Shown: one piece after another, positions 17,417 to 27,163 of the stretch | Layout: every line of letters starts with the position of its first letter | Numbering within the stretch: position 1 is the stretch's first letter | Source: Lentisphaeria bacterium | GTDB taxonomy: Bacteria; Verrucomicrobiota; Lentisphaeria; Victivallales; UBA1829 | DNA: 64,000 bases | Assembly: GCA_017629515.1 (NCBI GenBank) | Contig: JAGBXB010000060.1 | Location: 3,298-67,297 of the forward strand | Reading direction: 5' to 3' | Notes under the pieces: model-generated | What the model was told of the DNA's origin: nothing | The model's input: only the letters and a program-made list of their open reading frames with translations | Databases searched by the model: none | Made by a program: the position numbers and the translations under genes

Positions 17417-18700
17417 TCAGGAACGGGGACAGAGAAAAATACTCCCTGCGTGTTTTACATCAATACCTTTGAGCATACAGCGTAAAATATTCAGCCCCAC
17501 CGCCGCACTTCTTGCCCGGATCTGATCCCGGCTTCCGCGGAAAAGATATCTGCCCACATGGAAATTTTCCCGGCAATATACCCCGATATAGACCAATCCC
17601 ACAGGCTTTTCCTCTGTTCCGCCTCCGGGTCCGGCTATTCCGGTGACGGAAATACCGCAGGATGTCCCGAAAGCCTTTTTCAACCCTTCCAGCATTTCAG
17701 AAGCACATTCACTGCTCACAGCACCATGCTCCGCAAGAGTGGAACTTTTCACCTTCAGAAGATTTTCTTTCACACTGTTGGCGTAACTTACGATCCCGCC
17801 TTCATAAACCTCCGATGCTCCCGGTACATTGGTGATCAGCTGGGAGATCATTCCTCCGGTACAGGATTCCGCAAGAGAAAGAGTGTGATTTTTTTCTTTC
17901 ATAAGGAAAATCACCTCTTCCGCCACCGTTTTCGCCTTATCGGAAAGAAGTTCCTTTTCAAACTCTTTCCGGATGGATTCTTTGGCACTTTCCACACTCT
18001 TTTCACATTCAGAAGTAATAAAAAGTTTCACAAATTCAGGGGCGGCACAATAAGCTACCGAAATCGCGGGAAAGGCGGCAAGAATATTCTGCATCCTTTC
18101 TTCCACTCTGGATTCCCCCACTCCGGCAATATGGAAAAGGAAAGAATATAATTTACTGTCCAATGCCTTTTTTATAAGCGGCATCACCTGGAAATCAAAC
18201 ATGGGATTCAATTCAGAGGGCGGGCCCGGCATCATTACAATATATTTCCCCGGAAAAGGATCCTTTTCCCCCAGTTCCAGATAGATCCCCGGCGCAGTCC
18301 CGTAATGGTTGGGAATAAGGACAGAATTTTCAGGAATATCCGCCTGGGAAAGAAAATGCAGAGGCAGATCACTGCCCCTTCTCATACTTGCCCATCTTTC
18401 CATGATTGCCTTTACCGCCTCACTGTTCCGGTATAATTTACGGCCCAGAAATTCGGCAACAGCAGGTTTGGTCAGGTCATCGGAAGTCGGCCCGAGTCCG
18501 CCGGAAACAAGAACAAAGTCCGTTTCTTTCATCAGGATCCCCAGAGCATTGACCACATCTTCCGCTTTATCCGGTACTTCCAGAGCCATTGCCGGAAAAA
18601 TCCCCTCCTGCAGGAGTTTTGAACCCATATAACCGAGATTCGTATTGATGACCGCTCCTTTCAGCAGTTCATCGCCTATACACAATACTCCTATTTTCAT
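17417..18700 (-). CDS. cinA: CinA-family protein (MoCF-biosynthesis-like domain + nicotinamide-nucleotide amidase PncC domain)
   Basis: MKIGVLCIGDELLKGAVINTN ... SGGLGPTSDDLT ... C-terminal LSLAESCTGG ... GPGGGT pattern. Confidence 0.85.
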   Translation of the reverse strand: MKIGVLCIGDELLKGAVINTNLGYMGSKLLQEGIFPAMALEVPDKAEDVVNALGILMKETDFVLVSGGLGPTSDDLTKPAVAEFLGRKLYRNSEAVKAIMERWASMRRGSDLPLHFLSQADIPENSVLIPNHYGTAPGIYLELGEKDPFPGKYIVMMPGPPSELNPMFDFQVMPLIKKALDSKLYSFLFHIAGVGESRVEERMQNILAAFPAISVAYCAAPEFVKLFITSECEKSVESAKESIRKEFEKELLSDKAKTVAEEVIFLMKEKNHTLSLAESCTGGMISQLITNVPGASEVYEGGIVSYANSVKENLLKVKSSTLAEHGAVSSECASEMLEGLKKAFGTSCGISVTGIAGPGGGTEEKPVGLVYIGVYCRENFHVGRYLFRGSRDQIRARSAAVGLNILRCMLKGIDVKHAGSIFLCPRS

Positions 18701-19440
18701 TTCCGGCTTGTTTCCTTTCTTCTCTGTGCTGCTTTTTTTGCTCTGTATTCCACATCATCCTCTTGCGCCTGTTTTTCCATTTCAGGAGTGACAAGGGCGG
18801 TTTCATTGAGTTTCTTCCGCAATATTTCCCGCCATTGATCCACCTCTTCATCCGTAAGATCCGGCGGGATCCGGATCATTTTTCCATATACGATAGTGAT
18901 TTTTGCCCAGGGTTTGGGGATCTGGAACCTATCCCAACTTTTCAGTTCCCAATAGGAGGAATAATTTACAGAAACCGGCAGTACTTTCACTCCCATTTCA
19001 CTTGCCATACGCACAGGCCCGCGGCTCATGGAATAACGGGGTCCTCTGGGTCCGTCCGGAGTCATTGCCACATACATCCCTTTTTTCAGACATTCCACCG
19101 CCTCCCCCATCACCTGCACACTTTTCCGGGAGGAAGAACCCCGGATGGTTTCCAGATCCCAGAGTTTGCACAGATCCGCAATATACTGTCCGTCACGGGA
19201 GGCACTGATCAAAGCGGCAGTTTTTTTTCTCTTTTTCAAAGGGCACATCACAGGGAAAAAGAGAAGCCGGTTATGCCAGCAAATGGCAACGGCGGGAGCG
19301 TCTTCAGAAGAAACAAATCCTTCCGGGTCGATTACCTCTGTCCGCATGACATACCGCAAAAAAGAGATAAGTTTTGCAGGAATATAAAACAGAAAGTCAG
19401 GCAGTTTTTTGATCTCACGGAATTTTTGTTTCAGGGACAT
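18697..19440 (-). CDS. DUF374-type lysophospholipid-acyltransferase-family protein
   Basis: AICWHNRLLFFP ... LISASRDGQYIA ... GSSSRKS ... AMTPDGPRGPRY matches the DUF374/LPLAT pattern. 4-nt overlap with cinA. Confidence 0.65.
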   Translation of the reverse strand: MSLKQKFREIKKLPDFLFYIPAKLISFLRYVMRTEVIDPEGFVSSEDAPAVAICWHNRLLFFPVMCPLKKRKKTAALISASRDGQYIADLCKLWDLETIRGSSSRKSVQVMGEAVECLKKGMYVAMTPDGPRGPRYSMSRGPVRMASEMGVKVLPVSVNYSSYWELKSWDRFQIPKPWAKITIVYGKMIRIPPDLTDEEVDQWREILRKKLNETALVTPEMEKQAQEDDVEYRAKKAAQRRKETSRK

Positions 19441-20110
19441 GATGCTTTTCCTTTTTTTCTTTGCAAAGGCAATTGCGGCACAATTCCTTTATAACACATC
19501 TTTCACATGCCGGACGCCTTGCCACACAGCACTTGCGTCCGTGGATGATCAGAAGATGGGACAACTCCCCCAATTCCCCCTTCCGCTCTTCCGGAAAGGC
19601 ATTACAGAGTATTTCTTCGATCTTTACCGGATCTTGTGTTTTCACCAATCCGATAAGATTGCTCAACCGTATCACATGGGTATCCACCGGCAGGCCCGGA
19701 AGGCCGAAAGCATCCGCCAGAACCACATTGGCTGTCTTTCTGCCCACCCCGGGAAGAGTGATAAGTTCCTCCATAGTAGAAGGCAGTCTGCCGTCAAATT
19801 CCCCGCAGATCTTTATGGAGGCTTCCTTAATATGACGGGCTTTGGCACGGTAATAACCGCACTTATGCACAAGATGTTCTATTTGAGAAAGTTCCGCCTT
19901 TGCAAATTCTTCCGGAGTGGAAAAGTGACGGAACAATTCCTCCGTCACTATATTGACAGTATTATCCGTACACTGGGCGGAAAGAATGGTGGCAACAAGC
20001 AGTTGAAAGGCACTTTCGTGATTCAGAAAACACTTCTGGAAACCATATTCCTCATAAAGGCGGGTATAGATCTCCACAAGGCGTTTCTTCAAACCTGCCG
20101 CCTCTTTCAT
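19415..20110 (-). CDS. nth: Endonuclease III (HhH-GPD DNA glycosylase/AP lyase with 4Fe-4S cluster)
   Basis: LVATILSAQCTD ... LPGVGRKTANVVL ... PVDTHVIRL ... C-x6-C-x2-C-x5-C (CVARRPACERCVIKELC). Start set at MKEAAG (SD GGAAGGG). The ORF could extend to 20203. Confidence 0.85.
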   Translation of the reverse strand: MKEAAGLKKRLVEIYTRLYEEYGFQKCFLNHESAFQLLVATILSAQCTDNTVNIVTEELFRHFSTPEEFAKAELSQIEHLVHKCGYYRAKARHIKEASIKICGEFDGRLPSTMEELITLPGVGRKTANVVLADAFGLPGLPVDTHVIRLSNLIGLVKTQDPVKIEEILCNAFPEERKGELGELSHLLIIHGRKCCVARRPACERCVIKELCRNCLCKEKKEKHHVPETKIP

Positions 20111-20239
20111 ACTTTTTTTCCCTTCCGGCTTTTTCTCTTTTGACGGATGGGCTTTCAAAGTGACGGCAAAATCTTTTTTCCCCACAAAAAAACCTCTTTT
20201 CAAGTGTTTGACGGAAAAGTGACGGAGTTATTTTTCCCG

Positions 20240-21082
20240 TTAAATATGGGTGTCTTCCACTCTTTTCAGGAGTCCCACCCATACTAAAATACTGGCAATA
20301 AGCCCCCAGAGGACATAGCCATTGACCAGAATGGCGATCGTCCATACAGGATAATTTTTTCTCCAAATCGCCTCCCCTGTCAACGCCGCGATGATCAGGA
20401 TGAGAACTGCCAGACGCCGTTTGTTATGGAATGCAGAGAAAAACCATTTGCCGAAATGCTGATAGGGGATGGTGCTTACCATGAGAAGCCCCAGAAATGC
20501 TGCATACCAGGGCAGAATGGAAATGAGTTTCAGCATGGAATTTTTATCAGAGTGTTCCACAGCAAAAAGGAAAATCACACTGCAGATGGCTGCCGCCGCA
20601 CCGGGGGAAGGTATACCGGAAAAGCGGTCGGAACTCTTTTTTTCCTGCATGGCATGAACATTATATTTGGCAAGACGCAATGCCGCACCGCCGAGATAGA
20701 TGGCAGCCAGACACCATACCAGAATAAACGCATCACTTCTCACCTCTGAAAGCCGGTGTGCCATGACCGCCACCAAAGTAGCCGGAGCCACACCGAAAGT
20801 AACCATATCTGCCAGAGAATCCATCTGGATACCGTGGAGACTTGCCGCATTGAGCAATCTTGCCGCATAGCCGTCGAAAGCATCAAAGACCATGGCACAG
20901 AGGATCATAAAGGCACTGAATGCAAAAATGGAACTGCTGGTTTCCACATTGGAAGGATCATAAACAAGCAGTGTATGAAGGATCGCGGCAAAACCGCAAA
21001 GGGAATTGCCCAGAGTAAGTGCATTGGGGATCCATTTCAGGTATTTTACCAAAGGAACAAGACTTGTCACCACTTTTTTCAT
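20240..21082 (-). CDS. pssA: CDP-diacylglycerol--serine O-phosphatidyltransferase (CDP-alcohol phosphatidyltransferase family)
   Basis: DAFDGYAARLLNAASLHGIQMDSLADMV fits DGx2ARx8Gx3Dx3D. Multi-TM. Sits next to psd. Confidence 0.8.
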   Translation of the reverse strand: MKKVVTSLVPLVKYLKWIPNALTLGNSLCGFAAILHTLLVYDPSNVETSSSIFAFSAFMILCAMVFDAFDGYAARLLNAASLHGIQMDSLADMVTFGVAPATLVAVMAHRLSEVRSDAFILVWCLAAIYLGGAALRLAKYNVHAMQEKKSSDRFSGIPSPGAAAAICSVIFLFAVEHSDKNSMLKLISILPWYAAFLGLLMVSTIPYQHFGKWFFSAFHNKRRLAVLILIIAALTGEAIWRKNYPVWTIAILVNGYVLWGLIASILVWVGLLKRVEDTHI

Positions 21083-21113
21083 GTCATTACCTCACAGTTA
21101 TTTCATTGTTGTT

Positions 21114-21815
21114 TCAATCCATTTTTTCCCTGCAGAACAAAGCCAGCACACTTTTCCCGGCAAAGACCCTTTCTCCGATATTGGCAGTAATACTCACCGG
21201 GCTCTTGGCAGGCAGATAAAGTTCCGTCCGTGATCCGAAATGGATCATTCCGTATTTTCTGCCTTTTTTCAGAATATCCCCCTCATTGGCATCGCAGACG
21301 ATCCTGCGCAGACGGGAACCGGAGATCTGGCGCAATGCCACAGGAAAGGAAGTTCCCTCCATTTCCCCTGTCCCTCCCAGAAGTACAAAGGCATTTTCCT
21401 TTGTCTTTCCGGCAACGGAACACTCTCTGCTGCTTTTTACTGTTATATTCATGGCACAGGGCACACGGTTTACATGCACATCAAAGACGGATTGCACGAT
21501 CCCGATGCGTAAAATATCGTAAGAACCGAACAATTCCCGTAATTGGGCATCTTCACAGGAGGCGTTGGGAATAAGTTCCATATCCTTCACGATCCCGTCT
21601 GCCGGGGAAACCAGTTCACTTTTATCCTGTCCCACGACCCGGTGGGGATCACGGAACAAAGCAAGAAACATCCCCCAGAAAAGCAGGGAAAATGCCAGAA
21701 GAAAACAGCCGCCGGAAAGAGAGAAATACATGAGGCCACAGGAAAAAACAGCCAGAAGCAGCAATACAAAGGTTGCTGTCAGCCATTGTTTTCTGCCATA
21801 TTTTGCCAGTCTCAT
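21114..21815 (-). CDS. psd: Phosphatidylserine decarboxylase proenzyme (short PSD-B/archaetidylserine-type)
   Basis: GMIHFGSRTELYLP contains the G-S-[ST] self-cleavage site. N-terminal TM helices. Start trimmed to MRLAKYG to avoid overlap with ruvC. Confidence 0.75.
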   Translation of the reverse strand: MRLAKYGRKQWLTATFVLLLLAVFSCGLMYFSLSGGCFLLAFSLLFWGMFLALFRDPHRVVGQDKSELVSPADGIVKDMELIPNASCEDAQLRELFGSYDILRIGIVQSVFDVHVNRVPCAMNITVKSSRECSVAGKTKENAFVLLGGTGEMEGTSFPVALRQISGSRLRRIVCDANEGDILKKGRKYGMIHFGSRTELYLPAKSPVSITANIGERVFAGKSVLALFCREKMD

Positions 21816-21859
21816 TTTTTCCTCTGTCGTTGTATAGTTTCCGGTTTTCTGTGTAAAAA

Positions 21860-22369
21860 TTATATTTCCCTGCACAAAGAAGCCAATGCCCCACCCTGCC
21901 GGCAGGCAAGGTTGCCATGACATATCGCCAGAGCCAGTGCATCCGTGGAATCATCGGGAATATCGGCAACATTCAGAGAACACAACGAAGCAAGAACATT
22001 CGCCACCTGTTCTTTGGATGCTGTCCCCAGACCGACTGCCGCTCTTTTGGCAGTTTTCGGGGAATACTCATAAACGGGGATCTTATGGATGGCGGCGGAA
22101 GTCATCACCGCCCCCCTTGCAAGAGAAAGAATCATTGCTGTTTTCACATTCCTGTTGACAAAAGCCGTTTCCATGGAAAGAGCCTCCGCTTTGAATGTTG
22201 CGATCAGTTCCCCGATCCCCAGAAAGATCCTTCTCACACATTCCGTATGTTTCAGATCCGCCTTGTTATGGATGACTCCGCAATCCAGTACCCGGATGGA
22301 GTTGTGATCCATTTCCACAACTCCGTACCCGGTTTTCCGCATTGCGGTATCAACGCCAAGAATAATCAT
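21860..22369 (-). CDS. ruvC: Crossover junction endodeoxyribonuclease RuvC
   Basis: MIILGVDTAMRKTGYGVVE ... SMETAFV ... DSTDALALAICH, the classic RuvC acidic residues. 169 aa. Confidence 0.9.
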   Translation of the reverse strand: MIILGVDTAMRKTGYGVVEMDHNSIRVLDCGVIHNKADLKHTECVRRIFLGIGELIATFKAEALSMETAFVNRNVKTAMILSLARGAVMTSAAIHKIPVYEYSPKTAKRAAVGLGTASKEQVANVLASLCSLNVADIPDDSTDALALAICHGNLACRQGGALASLCREI

Positions 22370-22390
22370 ACGGAATATAAGGAAGAAGAA

Positions 22391-23149
22391 TTATTCTTCA
22401 TCCATCTGTTCCATGATCTCATCGGAGATCTCGGAATTCTGATGAACATTCTGCACATCATCCAGTTCTTCCAGTTTGTCCACAAGGCGCATAACCTGCT
22501 GGGCAGCCTGGACCGTTTTGATCTCAACGGTATTGTCCGGTTTACGGATGATGGCGGCTTCGGAACATTCGATCCCGGCATCTTCCAGAGCTTTGGCGAT
22601 ATCGGTGAAAGCATCCGGTGCGCCCCAGATTTCAGCTACGCCGTCTTCCACGATAATATCTTCTGCACCGGCTTCCAGCACGATGTCCATGAGTTTTTCT
22701 TCATCGGCATTGGCTTCATCGGTAATGACAAAGTGGGCTTTTCTCTGGAACATCCAGGAAACAGCACCGCTGGCGGCAAGGTTACCGTTGTTGCGGTCGA
22801 AAGCAACACGCACATCACCGATGGTACGGTTTTTGTTGTCTGTCAGACATTCCACGATGAAAGCGGTTCCTTCGGGACCATAGCCTTCATAAACGATTTC
22901 TTCATAGTTCACATTCCCCAGTTCACCGGCACCTTTTTTGATGGCGCGGTCGATATTTTCACGGGGCATATTTGCAGATCTTGCTTCGATAAGGGCAAGA
23001 CGCAGTCTGGGGTTGTTGTTGGGGTCTTTCCCGCTCTGTTTCACGCAGACCATGATCTCTTTTGCCAATTTGGAAAAGATCTTGCCTTTCTTTTTGTCAG
23101 AAGCCTCTTTTTTGTGCTTGATGTTAGCCCATTTACTATGACCGGACAT
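22391..23149 (-). CDS. yebC: YebC/PmpR-family DNA-binding transcriptional regulator
   Basis: MSGHSKWANIKHKK ... PRENIDRAIKKG ... YEGYGPEGTA, diagnostic of the family. Confidence 0.9.
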   Translation of the reverse strand: MSGHSKWANIKHKKEASDKKKGKIFSKLAKEIMVCVKQSGKDPNNNPRLRLALIEARSANMPRENIDRAIKKGAGELGNVNYEEIVYEGYGPEGTAFIVECLTDNKNRTIGDVRVAFDRNNGNLAASGAVSWMFQRKAHFVITDEANADEEKLMDIVLEAGAEDIIVEDGVAEIWGAPDAFTDIAKALEDAGIECSEAAIIRKPDNTVEIKTVQAAQQVMRLVDKLEELDDVQNVHQNSEISDEIMEQMDEE

Positions 23150-23309
23150 GATTACCGCCTTTCTTTTGTTTTTTTATTTTTATCCTTAAAACATCTTTCC
23201 TGTCCTGTTCCAAAGATTTTTTTCTATAATTTAATATAGCACACATCCAGTGATTTGTCAATACTTGATTGTTACAGGGAGCGTTTGCAGAAAAGGAATA
23301 AAGAAGTTG

Positions 23310-24134
23310 TCAGGAGGGAAAAGAAGCAAGAAACGCCCGGTGAAACTCTTTATCCCCGTATTTATCTGCACATCCCGCCAGAAGTTCCTCTTTTGTGTAA
23401 TTGGAAAAAAGATCCTTTACCAGGATCTTTTTTCCCTCCGTATCGATATGGAAAAGCACCTGCCATGTACGGCAGCCGATACGGTATTCCTGATCTTTAT
23501 TCTCCACTTTTTTTACTCTTTTCCGGGAACTGTCCAAGGGGGAATATTTCAGCTGGATACGGCAGAAATTTTCCACATCCAGTGAGGAAAGACCGGCAAG
23601 GAAACGGCTTTTTTCCAGAAAAATTTCTGTAAAAGCGATCTCATACCCCATATCGGAGATCTTATCATGCCAGCCCGCTGCAGAAGAGGGAAACGCATCC
23701 GCCTGGGGGATATACGGCTTGATATCAAATACGGGAGTACCGTCCAGTATATCGCACGGCCCGATAAGAAGCCCGTTCTTTTCCACAGAAAGCAGTTCCA
23801 CACAACTCAACCCTATGGGATTGGGCCGGTGGGGGGATCTTGTGGCAAAAAGGGAATACTTTTTCCCGTCGGGGGAAACCGGAGGCCGTACCATGGGATT
23901 CCAGTGATCCCAGTTGAGATGAAAACAGAAAACGACCCAGATACGGTCAAATCCGACAAGATCTTTTGCCGCTTCCGCATACCGGGGCTCATCTTTCACC
24001 CATTGGATAAAGGCCGGAACTCCGGAAAATGCCGCCTGCCGGGGCATTTCATACCGGTAACGGGAAGAAGTCCTTACATAGCCGATGGCTTTGAAAGGAA
24101 AAGAAGTTATACTTTCTGTGATCTCTTCCGGCAT
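23310..24134 (-). CDS. trmO: TrmO/TsaA-family tRNA methyltransferase-like protein with a C-terminal extension
   Basis: IGYVRT ... DRIWVVFCFH ... ATRSPHRPNPIGLSCVELL ... DILDGTPVFDIKPYIP matches the YaeB/TrmO signature. Confidence 0.75.
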   Translation of the reverse strand: MPEEITESITSFPFKAIGYVRTSSRYRYEMPRQAAFSGVPAFIQWVKDEPRYAEAAKDLVGFDRIWVVFCFHLNWDHWNPMVRPPVSPDGKKYSLFATRSPHRPNPIGLSCVELLSVEKNGLLIGPCDILDGTPVFDIKPYIPQADAFPSSAAGWHDKISDMGYEIAFTEIFLEKSRFLAGLSSLDVENFCRIQLKYSPLDSSRKRVKKVENKDQEYRIGCRTWQVLFHIDTEGKKILVKDLFSNYTKEELLAGCADKYGDKEFHRAFLASFPS

Positions 24135-24137
24135 GAT

Positions 24138-24815
24138 TTACTTTTCCAATGCAGGATCTTCCATACCCAGAAAATGAAACGCATCTTTCCGCAAGCCGCA
24201 GGAATCACATTTCCCGCATGCTCTGCCGTCGGCAGAAGGATTGTAACAGCTGTGGGTGTCGGAATAATCCACTCCCAGGGAAAGTCCCAGAGAGATGATC
24301 TCATGTTTTTTCAGGTTCTGCAGCGGCGCATGGATATTGAATTTCCATCCCTCATCCACGGCGCATGTTCCCAGCCGTGCCGTTTCCGCAAAAGACCGGA
24401 TAAAATCCGGCCGGCAATCGGGATAACCGGAATAGTCTATGGAATTTACGCCGATGAAAATATCCTTTGCCCCGATACTTTCGGCAAAAGCCGTGGCAAA
24501 AGAGAGAAATACCAGATTTCTTGCCGGTACATAAGTGGAAGGCACTCCATGCTCTTCCGGGATATAATCCGGGATCTCTGCCGTTTTTGAAGTAAGGGCG
24601 GAGGCTTCCGGCACTCCCAGACGGAAAGAGACCAGATGAAATTCCGCCCCCGCTTTTTCCGCATTTTTTCTGGCAAGGGATAACTCTATATCATGTCTCT
24701 GACCGTAATCAAAGGTAAGGGCATGAAGTTCAAATCCTTCTTTTTTTGCGATGGCGAGGCAGGTGACAGAATCCAGCCCGCCGCTTAAAAGTACAACCGC
24801 CTTTTTCACGTTCAC
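24138..24815 (-). CDS. queC: 7-cyano-7-deazaguanine synthase
   Basis: KAVVLLSGGLDS PP-loop and a C-terminal Zn-binding Cys cluster (CY...CGKCDSC). 225 aa. Confidence 0.9.
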   Translation of the reverse strand: MNVKKAVVLLSGGLDSVTCLAIAKKEGFELHALTFDYGQRHDIELSLARKNAEKAGAEFHLVSFRLGVPEASALTSKTAEIPDYIPEEHGVPSTYVPARNLVFLSFATAFAESIGAKDIFIGVNSIDYSGYPDCRPDFIRSFAETARLGTCAVDEGWKFNIHAPLQNLKKHEIISLGLSLGVDYSDTHSCYNPSADGRACGKCDSCGLRKDAFHFLGMEDPALEK

Positions 24816-25123
24816 AACCCCAGTTTTGCTTCCAGTGCCTCACAGCTCATCAAACCGCCCAGGCGTTTTTCCACTTTCCCGCCGCGGATAAAGAAAAGAG
24901 CGGGAATGGTATCCACATTCCACTCTGCGGCAAGGGCGGGATATTCATCCACATCCACTTTTCCCACAATGATATCCGGATGCTTTGCGGCAAAATCTTC
25001 CAGTACGGGGGCAAGACGGCAGCAGGGACCGCACCATTGCGCCCAGAAATCGACAAGAACGGCTTTCTCCTGTTGGGAAAGGAGTTTTTTCAAAGATCCT
25101 TCATTCAGATGCACTACTTCCAT
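24812..25123 (-). CDS. trxA: Thioredoxin
   Basis: VDFWAQWCGPC active site. 103 aa from MEVVHLNEG. 4-nt overlap with the queC start. Confidence 0.9.
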   Translation of the reverse strand: MEVVHLNEGSLKKLLSQQEKAVLVDFWAQWCGPCCRLAPVLEDFAAKHPDIIVGKVDVDEYPALAAEWNVDTIPALFFIRGGKVEKRLGGLMSCEALEAKLGL

Positions 25124-25124
25124 T

Positions 25125-25334
25125 TTACTTCTCCTTGTAATACAGTTGGCAATGACAATACCCCTCAAATTCCGGATCGGCGATCTGCCGGCGGAATTCC
25201 TCACAAATACATATATTTTCCGGTATTTTTTTCAACCTGCAGGGACAGTATCCATTTTTCTTCTCCAATACAGCAAGAAGTTTGGAAACCATCTCCTTAT
25301 CTTCATTGAAACGCACTTTTTCCGGTAACAGCAT
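25125..25334 (-). CDS. Small ferredoxin:thioredoxin-reductase catalytic-subunit-like protein (CPC/CxC/CHC)
   Basis: 69 aa containing CPCR ... CIC ... CHCQLY, the three Cys pairs of the FTR catalytic-chain fold. Its stop is 1 nt from the thioredoxin start. Confidence 0.6.
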   Translation of the reverse strand: MLLPEKVRFNEDKEMVSKLLAVLEKKNGYCPCRLKKIPENICICEEFRRQIADPEFEGYCHCQLYYKEK

Positions 25335-26087
25335 TTTTTCCTCCCTTTCATCACAACCTTAATGTAGCACTTCTGCCGGAAAAATACAAGGAGCAGATTA
25401 CTTTTTGTACGAGGGAATTTCAAAAGTCCTCCCGGAAAAAACTTCTCAGGGAGGCACAATAAAAAATCTGTTGCAGAGATGTATTTAAAGAATAACAATA
25501 CGATAAACGGCTTCTTTTTTCCTGTCCGTTTGATAATAATTTTACCGAACAACGATATAATCAAATCAGTTATGACATTCTTTCCCCGCAGGAAAATCTC
25601 CTATTCCCCTGCTGCCCTGAAAGAAATCTGCAAAGGGTTCCTGTTACCCTGCAGATCTGTGACCACAAAAAATTCCCCGGTCATATCCATTTTGATACAG
25701 AAAAATTTATGACACCGGTACGGAAAAAAATATACCGGAAGAGAATTTTCTGCCAATAAGATCATTACGGTCAGAGTTCTGCCTGCTGTTCCCGGCAATT
25801 CCCATATCCTTGAAAAACACAGTGTTACCCCGGATCTGGCAGCCTCACCCCTTCCAAAAAAATGACAGTGAGATATTAAAAAAATATTCGATACTACCGG
25901 ATTTTATCGCAAATTACACATAATTTCAGAAAAAAACGGTTTTTTTTGAAAAAAAATCAGATTTTTTAAAGATATCAACTTGTATTTTGCATTAAGTTAA
26001 TCCATTGTTATTAGCGGGTTATCAAAAAACAGCATGGTGCTGTCTTTTTGTGAAGAATACCTTGAACAACGAAAATAATGGTGTATT

Positions 26088-26303
26088 ATGTCAAGAGAAA
26101 AAGGAAAAGTAAAGTGGTTCAACAACTCCAAAGGGTATGGTTTCATTGCCAGAAACGAAGGGGAAGATATTTTTGTGCATTACAGTGCTGTCAAAGTAGA
26201 TGGTTACAAAACCCTTAAAGAAGGTCAGGATGTGGAATTCACCGTTTCCACAGGTGCCAAAGGCTTGCAGGCAGAAGATGTTGTTCCTGTGCAGGAAGCC
26301 TGA
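26088..26303 (+). CDS. cspA: Cold-shock protein (CSD, CspA family)
   Basis: GKVKWFNNSKGYGFIARNEGEDIFVHYSAV carries the RNP-1 and RNP-2 motifs. 71 aa. Confidence 0.95.
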   Translation: MSREKGKVKWFNNSKGYGFIARNEGEDIFVHYSAVKVDGYKTLKEGQDVEFTVSTGAKGLQAEDVVPVQEA

Positions 26304-26423
26304 AAACCTGTAAAATAACATTCTCCGATCCGGTGGAAGCCTGTGCCGGAAAATGTGTTCTGTCTTCTGTTGCGGCAGTTTGCGGTACTTCCCGGATCAG
26401 GGGATCAATAAAAGAAAGCAGAG

Positions 26424-26461
26424 CGTTGCATGACTTTAAAAGTATGCAACGGTCTTTTTTT
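26424..26461 (+). terminator. Rho-independent terminator of cspA
   Basis: CGTTGCAT (26424-26431) pairs with ATGCAACG (26444-26451), then GTCTTTTTTT. Confidence 0.7.
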
Positions 26462-26480
26462 GTCTTGACAACATGTTTTT

Positions 26481-27119
26481 TCAATCAATGACGCTGTCGG
26501 AAGGATAATCGATAAAAGGATTGTTTTCCTTTTCAAATCCGATACTTGTACTGTATCCGTGACCGGGGAATACTTCCACATCGTCCCCGTATTTTTCCAG
26601 AATGGTTTTCAAAGATGCCAGAAGAGTCTTCGTACTTCCTCCGGGAAGATCCGTCCGCCCCACAGAAGCACGGAAAAGGGTATCTCCGGAAAAGAGGGCA
26701 TTATATTCTTTGAAGTAATAGCAGACGCATCCGGGGGTATGTCCGGGAGTATGCAAAATTTCCAGAGCCGGATCTTCCGGAGGGAATTCCGCCAGTGCCG
26801 GGAGATTTTCTGCCGCAGGATAATAAGGGGGAATGGCATTCATGGGGCTTTCATACATTTTTTTATCCTCCCCATGCAGATAAACGCGTTTGACGTTCAG
26901 AAGATCTGCGCACTTTTTCACTGCGGCGATATGATCTATATGGGCATGGGTCAGGAGGATAACGGCCTCCTCATAAGAAAACTTTTCTGCCGTCCGTACA
27001 ATATCTTCCGCATCTCCTCCGGGATCAATGATATAGAGGATCTTTCCGGAGGGAGAGGGTACAAGATAACAATTCACCTCAAAAACCCCCACCGGGATCA
27101 TTTCAAAACTTCTGCTCAT
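26481..27119 (-). CDS. MBL-fold metallo-hydrolase (glyoxalase-II-like)
   Basis: LLTHAHIDHI, HTPGHTPG, GDTLF and PGHG motifs. 212 aa. Confidence 0.85.
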   Translation of the reverse strand: MSRSFEMIPVGVFEVNCYLVPSPSGKILYIIDPGGDAEDIVRTAEKFSYEEAVILLTHAHIDHIAAVKKCADLLNVKRVYLHGEDKKMYESPMNAIPPYYPAAENLPALAEFPPEDPALEILHTPGHTPGCVCYYFKEYNALFSGDTLFRASVGRTDLPGGSTKTLLASLKTILEKYGDDVEVFPGHGYSTSIGFEKENNPFIDYPSDSVID

Positions 27120-27163
27120 AGATTATTTCTCCTTTAAAAAAATTCAAAAATTGTTCAAGGTAA

